Assembly: GCA_902492655.1 (NCBI GenBank)
Contig: CABUMF010000005.1
Coordinates: 13,478 to 77,477 of the forward strand
Reading direction: 5' to 3'
DNA: 64,000 nt
DNA from: an uncultured Eubacteriales bacterium
GTDB taxonomy: Bacteria; Bacillota; Clostridia; HGM11514
Shown piece after piece: positions 28,268-37,912 of the stretch. A program made the translations under genes and the position numbers. Under the pieces are notes generated by a model. The model saw only the letters and a program-made list of their open reading frames with translations, ran no database searches and was not told the DNA's origin. Each line of letters opens with the position of its first letter. The first letter of the stretch is position 1.

Positions 28268-29098
28268 TCACATTCTTTTATGATATTCCATTCTAAAAGA
28301 ATTAAGAGCGTTTCCAAACAAAATCGAAAAGCTGAGAAGATAGAACCACAGCATAAGGGCAATAAAGTTTCCGAGGGTTCCGTAAAGGAAGCTGAAGCGG
28401 TATGAATTGTAGAGGTAAATACTGAATGCGATTGTCGCCAGAACCCATATTATGCCCGTTGCAAGCGCACCCGGAATGACGCTCCTGTAGCTCAGCTTTT
28501 TATCGGGAACAACCTTAAAAAACACAGCCATGAGCGCAACAAGCGCAACATAAAGAACAACAGAGCGCAACCTTTCCGCAATGTATATCTGGGTTTTGGA
28601 AAGGTCAATTATCGCAATAATCTGATCGCTGAAAATAAAAAGTGCCGCGGATACAATCAAAAGTGCAATGAGGGAAAGCGTCAGAAGCGGTGCAACTATA
28701 ATTCGTTTATACGCCGCCCTTGCGAATCTGTCGCTGTAGCTTTTGTTTATTGCCCGAATGAGTGCCTTAGACCCCTTGTTCGATGCCCATATCATGGATA
28801 TAAATCCCAAAGACAGCACGCTGATCCTCTTATCTGACAGCACCTCGATATTCTGCTTTATGATTTCAAACAGATTCTTTGGAACATACAGGCTGACAGT
28901 ATTAAGGATTTCTTTTATATCAAAAGGTAAAAATGCCGACAGCGAAACAATCAGAATGACAAAAGGGAAAAATGACAGCATAAGATAATAGGACAACGCC
29001 GCAGAGCTGTTCCATATATCGTCCGCCGACAGCTTTCTGTACAAAAAATAAGCTTTTGAAACCAATTCGCAACCGCCTTTCACATTAATTTTTATCAA
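28268..29098 (-). CDS. YihY/BrkB (virulence factor BrkB / ribonuclease BN-like) family membrane protein
   Basis: 276 aa with six TM segments and the SAALSYYLMLSFFP motif. Confidence 0.8.
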   Translation of the reverse strand: MIKINVKGGCELVSKAYFLYRKLSADDIWNSSAALSYYLMLSFFPFVILIVSLSAFLPFDIKEILNTVSLYVPKNLFEIIKQNIEVLSDKRISVLSLGFISMIWASNKGSKALIRAINKSYSDRFARAAYKRIIVAPLLTLSLIALLIVSAALFIFSDQIIAIIDLSKTQIYIAERLRSVVLYVALVALMAVFFKVVPDKKLSYRSVIPGALATGIIWVLATIAFSIYLYNSYRFSFLYGTLGNFIALMLWFYLLSFSILFGNALNSFRMEYHKRM

Positions 29099-29179
29099 AA
29101 ATCAAAAAAAGTATTTACTTTTCATTAAAAATAGATTATTATATATATGTATCATAAAATTCAAGAGGTAATTATAATA

Positions 29180-30529
29180 ATGAATTCAAAAAACGGCAAT
29201 ATGACGGAAGGCTCGATTATCAAACCGATTCTTTCTTTTGTATATCCGGTGCTTTTAACGGCACTTTTCCAAAACTTATATAACGCATTTGATGCAATGA
29301 TGGTGGGAAAGCTCGCATCGAACGGAAAATATGCCCTCGGTGCGGTTGGCTCAATGGGTTCAATGATTGATCTGTTCACAGGGTTTTTCATGGGAATGTC
29401 TGCCGGAGCCTGTGTAATAATTGCCCAGAACTACGGCGCGAAGGACAAAAAAGCCCTGTCCGATTCTGTACATACATCAATAGCGTTGAGCATAATCATA
29501 GGCGCAATCGTATCAATACTTGGTGTATTTCTTTCGCCTTTCGCAATTAAAATTACCAATTCCCCGCCCGAGGTTGCGCCGATTGCCGAAAGCTACCTAC
29601 GCATCATTTTCCTCGGAATGATACCCACAACCGTCTATAATTTCGGCGCGGGAATTCTGAGAGCCGTAGGCGATTCCAAAAGACCTCTTGTTTATCTTGT
29701 TATTTCAAGTATATTTAACATTGTTTTCAACTATATTTTTATTGTGTTCTTTGACATGAGCGCAAACGGCGTGGCAACCGCAACGGTCATTGCGGAAACA
29801 GTTTCGGCATTTCTTGTTATTATGAGGCTTATACGCACAAACGAGGATTATAAGCTTCATATCAAAAAAATACGCATACACCCCAATGTTGTGAAAAAGA
29901 CATTCCGCCTCGGGATACCGTCAGGTCTTCAAGCAACAACCTTCAGTATTTCAAATGTAATAGTCCAGTCGGAGTTCAACTCGTTCGGCGCATCCGTAGT
30001 TGCGGCAAGGGCTGCCGTAAGCAAGTTTGAATCCTTTGCTTGGGCGATAGCGTATTCGTTCGGAATTGCCGCAACAACATTTGCCGGACAAAACAAGGGC
30101 GCAATGAAGTTCGACCGCATTAAAAAAGGAATGTGGGTTTCGCTCCTTTCTGCGGTAATTGCACTTATGACAGCTTCCGCTATTTCAATCCTGTTTTCGG
30201 AAAACATTATCGGAATATTCAATTCCGACCCCGAGGTTGTATCAATAGGTAAGGATATTATCCTTGTAATGATGTCATGCTATTTCCTTTGCGGCGTAAT
30301 GGAAACGCTTTCTGGTACCATAAGAGGGTCCGGCGCACCGCTGTTTCCAATGATTTCATCAATGCTCGGCATTGTGGGAGGAAGACTTGTATGGATTTTT
30401 ACAATGAAGCACTTTTTCCCAGGCAATCTCACAATGCTTATGATGGCATACCCTGTTTCATGGACTGTTATTTGCACGGTTTTATTCATGTTCTATAAAA
30501 AGGGCCGTAATCACTGGCTGTATTTTTAG
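29180..30529 (+). CDS. MATE family efflux transporter
   Basis: 12-TM protein with MATE N-terminus (IIKPILSFVYPVLLTALFQNLYNAFDAMMVGK). Start taken at the ATG preceded by an AAGAGGT RBS. Confidence 0.88.
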   Translation: MNSKNGNMTEGSIIKPILSFVYPVLLTALFQNLYNAFDAMMVGKLASNGKYALGAVGSMGSMIDLFTGFFMGMSAGACVIIAQNYGAKDKKALSDSVHTSIALSIIIGAIVSILGVFLSPFAIKITNSPPEVAPIAESYLRIIFLGMIPTTVYNFGAGILRAVGDSKRPLVYLVISSIFNIVFNYIFIVFFDMSANGVATATVIAETVSAFLVIMRLIRTNEDYKLHIKKIRIHPNVVKKTFRLGIPSGLQATTFSISNVIVQSEFNSFGASVVAARAAVSKFESFAWAIAYSFGIAATTFAGQNKGAMKFDRIKKGMWVSLLSAVIALMTASAISILFSENIIGIFNSDPEVVSIGKDIILVMMSCYFLCGVMETLSGTIRGSGAPLFPMISSMLGIVGGRLVWIFTMKHFFPGNLTMLMMAYPVSWTVICTVLFMFYKKGRNHWLYF

Positions 30530-30538
30530 GAGGAAATT

Positions 30539-31150
30539 ATGAGCTCAAGCAATATTTTTGAACTTAGGAAAAATTGTCATCTCATACTGATGATAACATC
30601 ACCGCTGTACATAATACTGTCATTTATTCCTTCGCTTGACAGATACTTTTTCGTGTTCCAGCTGATTCTTTTCGTGCAGGCTCTTACGCTTATAGCGCAG
30701 GCGATTGCAGGCTTTGTCAGGCTCAGAGAACCGAGGGAGCTGCTTAGAGTATTCCTCGCGCTGTTCATTTCGATTGCCTCGCTTTGCGTCGGCGGAATAA
30801 GCAACGCAGTATTGATTAACAATATCCCGGCATGGCTTTATATTTACTACTTTGCCGGATATTTACCGGCATTTGTTGTCATTATGATGATGAGTCGTGT
30901 GTATTCTTACAAAAAGCCTGTCAAAACAACCGTTAACATTCTTGCGGTTTTAGGTATTATTTGTTGCTTTGAATACTTTTTTACAGTGGCAAGCTATAAT
31001 AAATATATCGAATCCGTCCCCGCATTCATAATCGAAAATTTTACTATACTGAATATAGCTGCGGTGGAGATTATTTCCCAGATTTGCATTTTGGCGCTGA
31101 CCGTACCGCTTTTCTGCTCAAGGGATAAAAACAGTATATCGGAATACTGA
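30539..31150 (+). CDS. hypothetical integral membrane protein (about 6 TM), no recognisable family
   Basis: 203 aa hydrophobic ORF with good coding potential. It may be translationally coupled to the MATE gene. Confidence 0.55.
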   Translation: MSSSNIFELRKNCHLILMITSPLYIILSFIPSLDRYFFVFQLILFVQALTLIAQAIAGFVRLREPRELLRVFLALFISIASLCVGGISNAVLINNIPAWLYIYYFAGYLPAFVVIMMMSRVYSYKKPVKTTVNILAVLGIICCFEYFFTVASYNKYIESVPAFIIENFTILNIAAVEIISQICILALTVPLFCSRDKNSISEY

Positions 31151-31154
31151 TTAA

Positions 31155-31970
31155 TTACGGTTCCTTGAACATTTTCGGCGATTTTCCCATATATCTTTTG
31201 AAGGCAAAGCTGAAATAGTTTTGATCTTCAAAGCCAAGTCTGTAAGCAGTTTCCTTGACGCTCATGCCCGTGCGGAGATATTCCTCCGCGCGGCGCATTT
31301 TCATGGAGTTAAAATAAGTCATAACACCCATTCCCGCATATTTTGAAAAAACCTTTTTTATCTTGGGACAGCTCATTTGGCACAGCATTGCAACCTCGTC
31401 AAGGCTCAAAGTCTCCCCTATGTGATTTTCAAGTACCGTAATTATCTTTGAATAGTCCTCCGCTGTTTTCGACTGCGGCTCAACATCGGAGCTGTTTTGT
31501 ATAAGCTTCATCAAAAAATATTCGAGCTTATTGACAAAAACCGACTGTTCGTACCTTTTCTTAGGCTTAACCGACTTCGGAGACTTATCACTAAATGTAA
31601 AAATGTGCTTTTTTTCCGCATCAAGCCTCATAATTTCATTTATTCCGTCCCTCATGTCGAACACAAAAGAATCCTCGGGCATATCAATAAAGCCGTCAAA
31701 GGAGAAAATGATTACAGAGGTTTTTTCTTCTCCCGACGCCCATATCTTATGAAAAACATTCGGTCTGTGAATAACCGCCTGCCCGCACCTTAAAACAAGC
31801 GCATTGCTGTCGGATGTAATTCCGGCCTGACCGTCGATTACACACACAACCTCATAAAAATCATGAGCCTCCCCGTCAAAATAGAAGCCCTTCCCGTAGG
31901 TTTCGGAAAAAAAGGTATAAATCCCTCGTATCTCCACACTTTTACCAACTTCAAATCTTTCGTATTTCAT
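31155..31970 (-). CDS. AraC family transcriptional regulator (N-terminal cupin sensor + C-terminal HTH)
   Basis: C-terminal AraC HTH signature (AYRLGFEDQNYFSFAFKRYMGKSP). Divergent from the nahK operon. Confidence 0.88.
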   Translation of the reverse strand: MKYERFEVGKSVEIRGIYTFFSETYGKGFYFDGEAHDFYEVVCVIDGQAGITSDSNALVLRCGQAVIHRPNVFHKIWASGEEKTSVIIFSFDGFIDMPEDSFVFDMRDGINEIMRLDAEKKHIFTFSDKSPKSVKPKKRYEQSVFVNKLEYFLMKLIQNSSDVEPQSKTAEDYSKIITVLENHIGETLSLDEVAMLCQMSCPKIKKVFSKYAGMGVMTYFNSMKMRRAEEYLRTGMSVKETAYRLGFEDQNYFSFAFKRYMGKSPKMFKEP

Positions 31971-32076
31971 ACCACACCATATCCGATTTCAAATAAAATA
32001 TATCCGAATTTCAATATACACCCGATATAAGATAAATTATAATATATATATACTGTTTTGTCAATAGGGGATTGGT

Positions 32077-33135
32077 ATGAAAAACATTTTGGATAATTTC
32101 GATATTTACAGTGACATTCCGCTTTACGGAGACGGGCACATTAACAGGACATACAAGTGTCCCTCCTTCATTCTGCAGAAAATCAATACGGGCATTTTTG
32201 AAAACCCCGAAAAACTTATGGAGAACATTGATAAGGTCACATCTCATATCAGAAAAAAAGCTGAAATGCTTAATAAAAATCCCGAACGTTTGACTCTTAC
32301 TGTAGTTAAAACAATTGACGGCAAGCTGTTTTACCGTGATGAGCGCAGCGACTGCTGGCGAGTATATAAATTTATTGAGAACGCTGCTACCTACAGCAAA
32401 TGCGAAAATCCGCTTCAGATGTACAATGCGGCAAAGGCATTCGGGCAGTTCCAGAATATGCTTTCGGACTTCCCTGCCGAATCGCTTTTTGAAACAATTA
32501 AGGATTTTCATAATACCGCAAAGCGTTATGAGCAGTTTGAAACGGCGGTTTCAGAAAACAAGGCAGGAAGATTGGGCCTTGTAACGGACGAAATTGAATT
32601 TGTCAGACAAAGAAAGAATATTGTCAATGTGATTACGGACGGAATTAAAAACAAAACCATACCCGTTCGCGTAACGCATAACGATACAAAGCTCAACAAT
32701 GTTATGCTTGACGATAAGACAGGTGAAGGGGTTTGCGTAATTGACCTTGACACCGTTATGCCCGGTTCGTTTTTATACGATTTCGGCGACTCATTGAGGT
32801 TTGGTGCTTCAACAGCTGACGAGGACGAAAAGGACTTGTCGAAGGTATGGTTTGACCTTGATATATTCAGAAGCTTTACTAAAGGCTATCTTGAGGAAGC
32901 CAAGGATGCTCTTTGCGCAGAGGAAATAAGGCTATTACCCTTTTCCGTTAAGCTTATGACGCTTGAGTGCGGAATGAGATTTTTGGCGGATTACTTAAAC
33001 GGAGATACATATTTTGCAACCCACCGAGAGGGGCAAAATCTCGACCGTGCAAGAACGCAGTTCAAGCTGGTTTGGGATATTGAGCAAAAAGAAGACGAAA
33101 TGAAAAAGATTGTGGAGGAACTGTTATGCGATTAA
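32077..33135 (+). CDS. nahK: N-acetylhexosamine 1-kinase (NahK/LnpB-like, APH-fold sugar anomeric kinase)
   Basis: Full-length match to the NahK family: YGDGHINRTY, WRVYKFIE, VTHNDTKLNNVML (catalytic loop), IDLDTVMPGS, GDSLRFGAS, ECGMRFLADYLNGDTYFA. Confidence 0.85.
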   Translation: MKNILDNFDIYSDIPLYGDGHINRTYKCPSFILQKINTGIFENPEKLMENIDKVTSHIRKKAEMLNKNPERLTLTVVKTIDGKLFYRDERSDCWRVYKFIENAATYSKCENPLQMYNAAKAFGQFQNMLSDFPAESLFETIKDFHNTAKRYEQFETAVSENKAGRLGLVTDEIEFVRQRKNIVNVITDGIKNKTIPVRVTHNDTKLNNVMLDDKTGEGVCVIDLDTVMPGSFLYDFGDSLRFGASTADEDEKDLSKVWFDLDIFRSFTKGYLEEAKDALCAEEIRLLPFSVKLMTLECGMRFLADYLNGDTYFATHREGQNLDRARTQFKLVWDIEQKEDEMKKIVEELLCD

Positions 33136-34724
33136 TACTTTGTGAAAACTATGAAGAAATGTCAAATCAAGCCGCAAAGATAGTTGCCAGCCAGATTACT
33201 TTGAAGCCGGACAGCATTCTCGGTCTTGCAACAGGTTCAACTCCTATCGGTCTTTATGACAATCTTATTGAAATGAACAAGAAGGGCGAGATTGATTTTT
33301 CCGAAATCACAAGCTTCAATCTTGACGAATACTACCCCATAAAAAGGGATAACGATCAGAGCTATTACTATTTCATGAACGAGCATCTGTTCTCCCATGT
33401 AAATATTGATAAGGCTAAAACGTATATTCCCAATGGCGAAGCTACCGATCCGGAGGCTGAATGCAAGGAATATGAAGCCAAGATAAAAAAAGCCGGCGGT
33501 GTTGACCTGCAAATTCTCGGGATAGGTCAGAACGGTCATATTGGGTTTAACGAGCCCGGCGCACAGCTTTTCTCGAAAACTCACCTTACCGGTCTTACAA
33601 GAAACACAATCGAAGCAAATTCGAGGTTTTTTGACTCGGCTGACGATGTTCCCAAGCACGCACTCACAATGGGTATTTCGACTATACTCAAGTCAAAGAA
33701 GATAATCCTTCTTGCAAGCGGCGCAAGCAAGAGCAGAGTGGTAAACGCTCTTCTTAACGAGGATATTGATACTTCAATCCCCGCAACAATGCTTAAGGTT
33801 CATCCCGATGTTATTCTTATTTGCGATAAGGAAGCGTTGAGCGGTTCCCGCCTCGGTGTTGACATCGGAGGAAGTGCGGTTAAATTTGCGGTTGTTGAAG
33901 GTTCCACCGTTACATATAAAAGCTCTATCCCCACAAACCATAACTCAACCGAGGAGTTTATAAAGGATATTGCGAACGAATGTCTGAGAATAAAAAAAGA
34001 ACATAAGTATAATACGATCGGCGTGGGAACACCCGGACTCATTCAGGACGGAATTGTTACGGCGGTAAATCTTCCGCTTAAAGGGGTTAACCTTGCAGAT
34101 GAGCTTAAAAAATTGGTTTCCGTTCCGGTTACTATTGATAACGATGCAAACTGTGCCGCACTGGGAGAATTTGAATTCGGTGTCGGCAAGGAAATGGATA
34201 ACATAATTATGGTTACTCTCGGAACGGGAGTAGGCGGCGGAATAATAATTGACGGCAGAATTTGTCACGGTAAATACAGCGCAGGCGAAATCGGTCATAT
34301 GATTGTTCAGGCTGACGGCGGAATACCTTGTTCCTGCGGTCAGACAGGCTGCTTTGAAAAGTATGCTTCCGTTACGGCTCTTTGCGAAGCTGCAGAAAAA
34401 GCGGCTAAGGAGAATACGGAAAGCGAGCTTTATAAAATTTATGCAGCCAACGGAAAGCTCAACGGAAAGCTTATATTTGAAGCTCTTGACAAAAATTGTC
34501 CCGTTGCAAATGCGGTATTCGATAAATATGTGGATTGGATTGTAGTAGGCGTTAAGAGCCTCATTCAGATATTCGGGCCGGATGCAATTATTTTTGCCGG
34601 CGGTATAACCGAGGGTGGAAACAGACTTGTGGATGCTGTAAAGGCAAAGATTGACACGCCCGTGGCGATTGAAACATCCAAGCTTCAGAATGATGCAGGC
34701 GCACTCGGCGCCGCAATGCTTTAA
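33126..34724 (+). CDS. bifunctional fusion: glucosamine-6-phosphate deaminase (NagB, N-terminal ~245 aa) + ROK family sugar kinase (C-terminal ~285 aa)
   Basis: The N-terminal half has NagB motifs (LGLATGSTP, FNLDEYY, LGIGQNGHIGFNEP). The C-terminal half has ROK motifs (VDIGGSAVKFAVV, DNDANCAALGE, the LGTGVGGGIIIDG glycine loop, and the CSCGQTGCFE zinc motif). It is one uninterrupted 532-aa ORF overlapping nahK by 10 nt. Confidence 0.85.
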   Translation: MRLILCENYEEMSNQAAKIVASQITLKPDSILGLATGSTPIGLYDNLIEMNKKGEIDFSEITSFNLDEYYPIKRDNDQSYYYFMNEHLFSHVNIDKAKTYIPNGEATDPEAECKEYEAKIKKAGGVDLQILGIGQNGHIGFNEPGAQLFSKTHLTGLTRNTIEANSRFFDSADDVPKHALTMGISTILKSKKIILLASGASKSRVVNALLNEDIDTSIPATMLKVHPDVILICDKEALSGSRLGVDIGGSAVKFAVVEGSTVTYKSSIPTNHNSTEEFIKDIANECLRIKKEHKYNTIGVGTPGLIQDGIVTAVNLPLKGVNLADELKKLVSVPVTIDNDANCAALGEFEFGVGKEMDNIIMVTLGTGVGGGIIIDGRICHGKYSAGEIGHMIVQADGGIPCSCGQTGCFEKYASVTALCEAAEKAAKENTESELYKIYAANGKLNGKLIFEALDKNCPVANAVFDKYVDWIVVGVKSLIQIFGPDAIIFAGGITEGGNRLVDAVKAKIDTPVAIETSKLQNDAGALGAAML

Positions 34725-34800
34725 TTATTGCCCACACAAAATTCCATATAGAAAACAGGAGGGGTTCTCACACACACGCCCTTCCTGTTTTCCTTTTAAA

Positions 34801-35943
34801 CTATTCTATATCAATCACATTGAATTCCGATTTGGAGCCGGTTCTGAACATCAGAGCCCAATCTGCAATCCCGGAGCTGACGATAAAATCTGTATTGTTT
34901 ATCCTTTTATGCCCGTATATAAAATCGTTTATTTCGAAAAATTTGTCAATGAACATTATCGGGAACATCTGACCTCCGTGGGTATGCCCCGAAAGCACAA
35001 GGTCGGCGGCACTTTCGGATTCATTTTCGTAATCTGCGGGCTGGTGATCCATTACAATAATATACTTTTCACTGTCAAGACCTTCAAGCAGCTTATCGGC
35101 ACTCAATCTACCGTTGCCCAAAAGATTTTCAGATACATCCTTCCTTCCGACAATGTAAAATCTATCGTCCAAAAGAACTGCCTCGTCCTCCAAAACGGTA
35201 ACACCGTTCTTTTCAAGCTCATTGACCAAATCGTCTTTACCGTATCCCCTTCTTTCGCTGCTGTAATAACCCTTATCATGGTTTCCGAAGGAAAAATACA
35301 CTCCGAATTCGGTCTTTGCACGCCCTAAGGATTTGCAGGCGTCAATCATATCCTTTTTTGAGGTGTCATCATCAACGAAATCGCCCGTAATGAGGATAAC
35401 ATCCGGATTTAACTCATTCATTCTCTCGATATATTCCGAAAGCTCCTCTCCTGAAAATGTCGTCCCGATATGCGAATCGGCAAACTGAATAACTCTTAAG
35501 CTTCCGACATTCTTGTCGGTGGAAAGCTCATAATTTGTCTGCCAAACTCCGTGAAGCATGAACCATGCCACAATAAGATACAAAACCGCCAATGAAGTGG
35601 GCAAAGCAGCTTTAAAAGCTTTGGAAGGTATTTTATCAAAAAGCTTAGCGACGATAAAAAATATAAGATCGCATACCAGTCCGAAAAATGCAAAATGAAA
35701 GATAACCGTTATCGCATTTACCGTATCCCACAGCAAAACGAGAACGACAAAGAATGCAACAACAATACCCAAGCCTACGAAAAAGCTTTTTGCCCTTCGT
35801 TCATAAGAAAAAACGCCGGTCAAACGCCAAGCAAGATATATAAAGCAAAACACCGCAAGCAAAAGAGCCGCAAGAATAATTACACTCCAAAGCAAATATG
35901 CTTCCCCCCAAACTAAAAAGAGGGGCAGATTGCTCCGCCCCAA
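34801..35943 (-). CDS. membrane-anchored metallophosphoesterase (calcineurin-like)
   Basis: Five N-terminal TM helices, then MPP motifs (QFADSHIG, GDFVDD, GNHD, SGHTHGGQ). Confidence 0.85.
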   Translation of the reverse strand: MGRSNLPLFLVWGEAYLLWSVIILAALLLAVFCFIYLAWRLTGVFSYERRAKSFFVGLGIVVAFFVVLVLLWDTVNAITVIFHFAFFGLVCDLIFFIVAKLFDKIPSKAFKAALPTSLAVLYLIVAWFMLHGVWQTNYELSTDKNVGSLRVIQFADSHIGTTFSGEELSEYIERMNELNPDVILITGDFVDDDTSKKDMIDACKSLGRAKTEFGVYFSFGNHDKGYYSSERRGYGKDDLVNELEKNGVTVLEDEAVLLDDRFYIVGRKDVSENLLGNGRLSADKLLEGLDSEKYIIVMDHQPADYENESESAADLVLSGHTHGGQMFPIMFIDKFFEINDFIYGHKRINNTDFIVSSGIADWALMFRTGSKSEFNVIDIE

Positions 35944-35947
35944 TAAC

Positions 35948-36622
35948 CTATTTTTCCAAAGTAAAAATCATACCGTCATAGTTGATTGTGCCTTTTTCGG
36001 CATCGTACTCACAGGAAACAGTTTCTTCACCGCTGTCAAAAACCAGAAGGTTATCCGAAAGCGAAACCTTTCCCGACTCATCAAACGTATCATCATCGAG
36101 CTTTGTTTTACCGGTTAATTTATATCCGCCGCGGTCTATAACTATTTCGGCATCAAGCGCCTCATTTGAATACTTGTAGGTTCCGAACACCGATTCGTCC
36201 AAGGAATTTGCGTTTTTGCTTTCCGCCGTACTTCCGTCAGGCTTTAAGGATTTTATAAATTCACTTGAATGAACCCAGGTTGTATCCATTTCCTCGCTGT
36301 AAAGGGTTTTTTCATCGGGATCGTATTTTAATGTTTTTGTACCGTTCTTTTTACCGTTAAGGGTTACAATGTTGTCTTTGACTGTAAATCTTCCTTCGTC
36401 CTCCTCGACATCTTCCCCGAAATGGGTGATTTCGTAATCAAATTCCATATCTTGAATATCAAAATCTATTTCGGAATAAAAATCCTCCATTCCGTAAGCC
36501 GCTTCGCAGTAATATTCTCCGCCGAAGCCTTGGGGAATAGCGGAACTCTCTCCCCTTCTGCCGCATCCAAAAAATGATACGCACATTAAAAAACTTAAAA
36601 CCAAAGATACAATTCTTCTCAT
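35948..36622 (-). CDS. hypothetical lipoprotein
   Basis: Signal peptide with lipobox (LMCVSFFGCG). Acidic, no recognisable domain. Confidence 0.6.
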   Translation of the reverse strand: MRRIVSLVLSFLMCVSFFGCGRRGESSAIPQGFGGEYYCEAAYGMEDFYSEIDFDIQDMEFDYEITHFGEDVEEDEGRFTVKDNIVTLNGKKNGTKTLKYDPDEKTLYSEEMDTTWVHSSEFIKSLKPDGSTAESKNANSLDESVFGTYKYSNEALDAEIVIDRGGYKLTGKTKLDDDTFDESGKVSLSDNLLVFDSGEETVSCEYDAEKGTINYDGMIFTLEK

Positions 36623-36624
36623 AA

Positions 36625-37242
36625 TTATTCCTCCGTTATACTTTGTTTATATACTCTGCCATCAACCGTATCCATTAATACATTCGCATTTGATGCATAA
36701 ATGAATTTATAATTCTTATCGGCGAGCTCAAGCTCAACCGTATTACCACTGACCTTTACCGTTCCTTCTTCCTCGGCGGTAGCCTCCTCGCCGTTTGCAT
36801 TTATCGAATGGGCAAAAATACTGCAATAATCACCGTCAATCGTCAGAACGCAATTTTCCGAACCGATATCATAAGCATACACGCCGTCGGGCATTTGATT
36901 TTTAACCTTTTGCTTTTCGTAAACGGTTTTATTCCCCGAGTCGGCGAGAGTACCCCGATTTTCGTTATACAAAAAGCTGAACCTTTCTCCCTTCAGCATA
37001 CCTTCCAAAATCTCGATGGTTAATTCATCTTTTTCCAAAGTGTATTTTCCGCCGGCCGCCGTGGCGGCGACCTTTCCGTCCTGTTCGTCCAGCACATCAA
37101 TAAGACAATATCCGTCATCGAGGATAATTGCCAGGCTTCTTCCGTCATCCGTCGCCGTATATGTCCCTTCAATGCTGTCGCTGTTTTCACAGCTGCACAA
37201 AAGCACAAGCACCGAAATCAAAAGTAAAACAAATCTTTTCAA
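36625..37242 (-). CDS. hypothetical lipoprotein
   Basis: Signal peptide with lipobox (VLLCSCEN). Adjacent to and co-oriented with the previous lipoprotein. Confidence 0.6.
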   Translation of the reverse strand: MKRFVLLLISVLVLLCSCENSDSIEGTYTATDDGRSLAIILDDGYCLIDVLDEQDGKVAATAAGGKYTLEKDELTIEILEGMLKGERFSFLYNENRGTLADSGNKTVYEKQKVKNQMPDGVYAYDIGSENCVLTIDGDYCSIFAHSINANGEEATAEEEGTVKVSGNTVELELADKNYKFIYASNANVLMDTVDGRVYKQSITEE

Positions 37243-37258
37243 AAGGTCACCTCATTTT

Positions 37259-37912
37259 TTATAAAATATCCTTCATGGTATCAATCCACGAACGGGCAAT
37301 AAGCTCATGCCCTGCGGGCGTGGGATGAATACAGTCCTGCGACCAATGCTCGGCAGGGGCAATATCACGCTGAGCCTTTTCAAAAATATCAAACATAGGC
37401 AAAAACCGTGCATTGTATTTTTCCGCAAGCTTTCTGACAATTTCGCCCCGTTGACGAATGCTTCCGCTCCAGGTTTCCCAATCGTTCCATATATCACAGC
37501 CGTTTGTTTCATCCTTCATTTTGAAAAGGAACGGAGCAATCAATATCATTTTGCAATCCGGTCTTTTTTCACGGACCTCATAAAGCATACGGTCATAAAT
37601 AAACTCAAACCGTTCCAAATCAGAACCCCTATTGAGCCTTAATGAAAAGCCCGTATCGTTAATTCCGAAAAGGGCGCTGAAAACATCGAACTCAATATTT
37701 AGCGTATCCTCAATCCAGCGTCCGTATGCATCGGCAATTCTGTCTCCGCTTACGCCTCGGTTAAAAATCTCAATCCCGGGATTGTCGCAAGTAAGCCTTG
37801 CGGCAACCAAATTAACATATCCCATACCGAGGTCACGGTTTGCGGCGGTAGTATTCTTATTTCTGCCGGCGTCCGTTATCGAATCGCCCTGAAACAAAAT
37901 CTTCATAATCAC
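37259..37912 (-). CDS. SGNH/GDSL family hydrolase (lipase/acylhydrolase-like)
   Basis: N-terminal GDSIT block with catalytic Ser, and a C-terminal DxxH motif (DCIHP). Confidence 0.8.
   Translation of the reverse strand: MIMKILFQGDSITDAGRNKNTTAANRDLGMGYVNLVAARLTCDNPGIEIFNRGVSGDRIADAYGRWIEDTLNIEFDVFSALFGINDTGFSLRLNRGSDLERFEFIYDRMLYEVREKRPDCKMILIAPFLFKMKDETNGCDIWNDWETWSGSIRQRGEIVRKLAEKYNARFLPMFDIFEKAQRDIAPAEHWSQDCIHPTPAGHELIARSWIDTMKDIL

Noticed and set aside
34651-35328. 225-aa plus-strand ORF
   Set aside because: Antisense to the metallophosphoesterase gene, which has clear catalytic motifs. Spurious.
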